From Leptogorgia sarmentosa (Eukaryota): 64,000 bases of DNA. Below are positions 62,901 to 64,000 of this stretch, piece by piece. The translations under genes and the position numbers were made by a program. Location: the NCBI GenBank assembly GCA_964658305.1, contig OZ210885.1:4340001-4404000 (forward strand). The letters run 5' to 3'. How positions within the stretch are numbered: position 1 is the stretch's first letter; each line of letters starts with the position of its first letter. The notes under the pieces are model-generated. The model was not told where the DNA came from, did not search any database, and saw nothing but the letters and a program-made list of their open reading frames with translations.

Positions 62901-63369
62901 GAAGCAGGATTATGATATAACTTCATAAAATTTTACATCTTTTGATCTATAAGAGTCTAGACAAAGTTTTAGTATCATGATCACTAACTTATCATGTAAT
63001 ATGTATGAAAAAAGATGATAAAAGAGCTTATAATACATTGGCCTCGTTTTCATGTGTTATGTCACGTGATCACGTGATTCTGCTACATATTTGTGAAATA
63101 ATCATAATTATTACTAAACAGATGACATTTATGCTATTTTGCAATACAATATGTAAGTAACGTGAGCAATAAAGTGAGCTCAAGATCCAGCCTCGTTTCC
63201 ATGCTGATATTTCATATGGTGTTATTTAAACCCCCCTAAATTGGGTCGGTGCGGTCTACAAAGTTGCCGACAACTTTTTTCATGTTCAGTAAGGTCCCCT
63301 CAACATATCTAGACCAGTGGCTTGCTTTAAGCACAAATTTCCCACGGGATTACACTTGCTCCCTGACTA
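56917..63369 (+). mobile_element. Academ (AcademX-type) DNA transposon 2, full length and apparently intact
   Basis: TIR cores at about 56917-57272 and 63025-63369 begin TAGTCAGGGAGCAA. A 3-bp TSD TTA lies at 56914-16 and 63370-72. Confidence 0.92.
57680..62782 (+). CDS. Academ transposase-XPG-like nuclease fusion, 1614 aa; exons 57680-58100, 58210-59383, 59452-59957 and 60039-62782
   Basis: Three GT-AG introns restore one frame of 4845 nt. Motifs: CIICQ..WHRSCY, CFFC..YHSKC, DNVDF..HGT, TLDLGLY, GELH, DHALEH, VFDRY, QEEADT, DTDV, SGADN, a Cys cluster and an acidic tail. Confidence 0.9.
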
Positions 63370-63442
63370 TTACCTGTGACACAGTTATTGCAAGGGAAAT
63401 GTATAGACATAATGGATGGCACACACTTAATAAATAGTTTAA

Positions 63443-64000
63443 AGGTAGGTTACAGTCCCTTTTGCACATGTGCTAAAAGATTGATATGAGGAGCCACCTC
63501 AAATTACAACAATAACATGTTTCCAGTCCTTTTAATGTATTATATGCGCTTACGTCGGCCATTGTCTTGGAATGATGGGTGATTCCGGCGCATCAACTTC
63601 ATGCCAGAATCCTTCTAGCAAAATAAGCTGTAGCAGATCTGAGGCTAGAAAGCAGTACAAGAGTAAAAGAGACGCATCAAGAGTCGTTTTATTTGATGCT
63701 TTTGAGAAATGGAGAGAATTTAGAGAAGAACATGGCCTCAAAACCGACCAAAATGTTGCAGAGTTTCTTCTAAATTTTTATGCCACGAGGAACACGTTTA
63801 GGTAAGCAATCAAGTAACTAGACCTGTAGGCTTTGTCTTTTATGATTTTAATTTCTCATGCGCTTTGTCTTGTATATTATGTGATCATTGTAGCAATGCA
63901 GAAACACAGACAGATGGAGGAATAACAATGTGGCCATTGTCTGGAGAACAATCGACCCCATTGTCAAACAGAAGCCGCTCAAAAAGCAATGTCTGTTCAC
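63443..64000 (+). mobile_element. 5' end of another Kolobok-like element running off the window
   Basis: TTAA|AGG at 63439-63445. Exon 63572-63801 reads RKQY..KRD.SRV.L..AFEKWR..R...GLKTD..VAEFLL..Y, which resembles Kolobok transposase N-termini, and ends at a GTAAG donor. Confidence 0.55.

Overview
AT-rich eukaryotic DNA with spliceosomal GT-AG introns, probably from a marine invertebrate such as a cnidarian (inferred from the repeat types, not proven). The window is almost entirely nested or decayed mobile DNA, with no recognisable ordinary host gene. The best-preserved elements are two divergent Academ (AcademX-type) DNA transposons with long TIRs and 3-bp TSDs (16477-27605, 56917-63369), a young Gypsy LTR retrotransposon inserted in the first of them (17875-22396), and a two-gene Kolobok element (43927 to about 48600). 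Remnants include hAT, PIF/Harbinger, an AcademH-like RecQ helicase, a Sola1-like transposase, THAP domains, a Polinton/adintovirus-type polB, several MITEs, a 39-bp minisatellite and a 3,798-bp near-identical tandem duplication. Two observations stand out. The first is an intron-containing stand-alone staphylococcal-nuclease (thermonuclease) gene with an apparently complete active site at 36879-37583, which the ORF track splits into two pieces. The second is that both Academ elements have left and right TIRs differing by an exactly 10-nt spacer just inside the terminus, reminiscent of a 12/23-type end asymmetry. All family assignments are from motif recognition by eye; no database searches were run.
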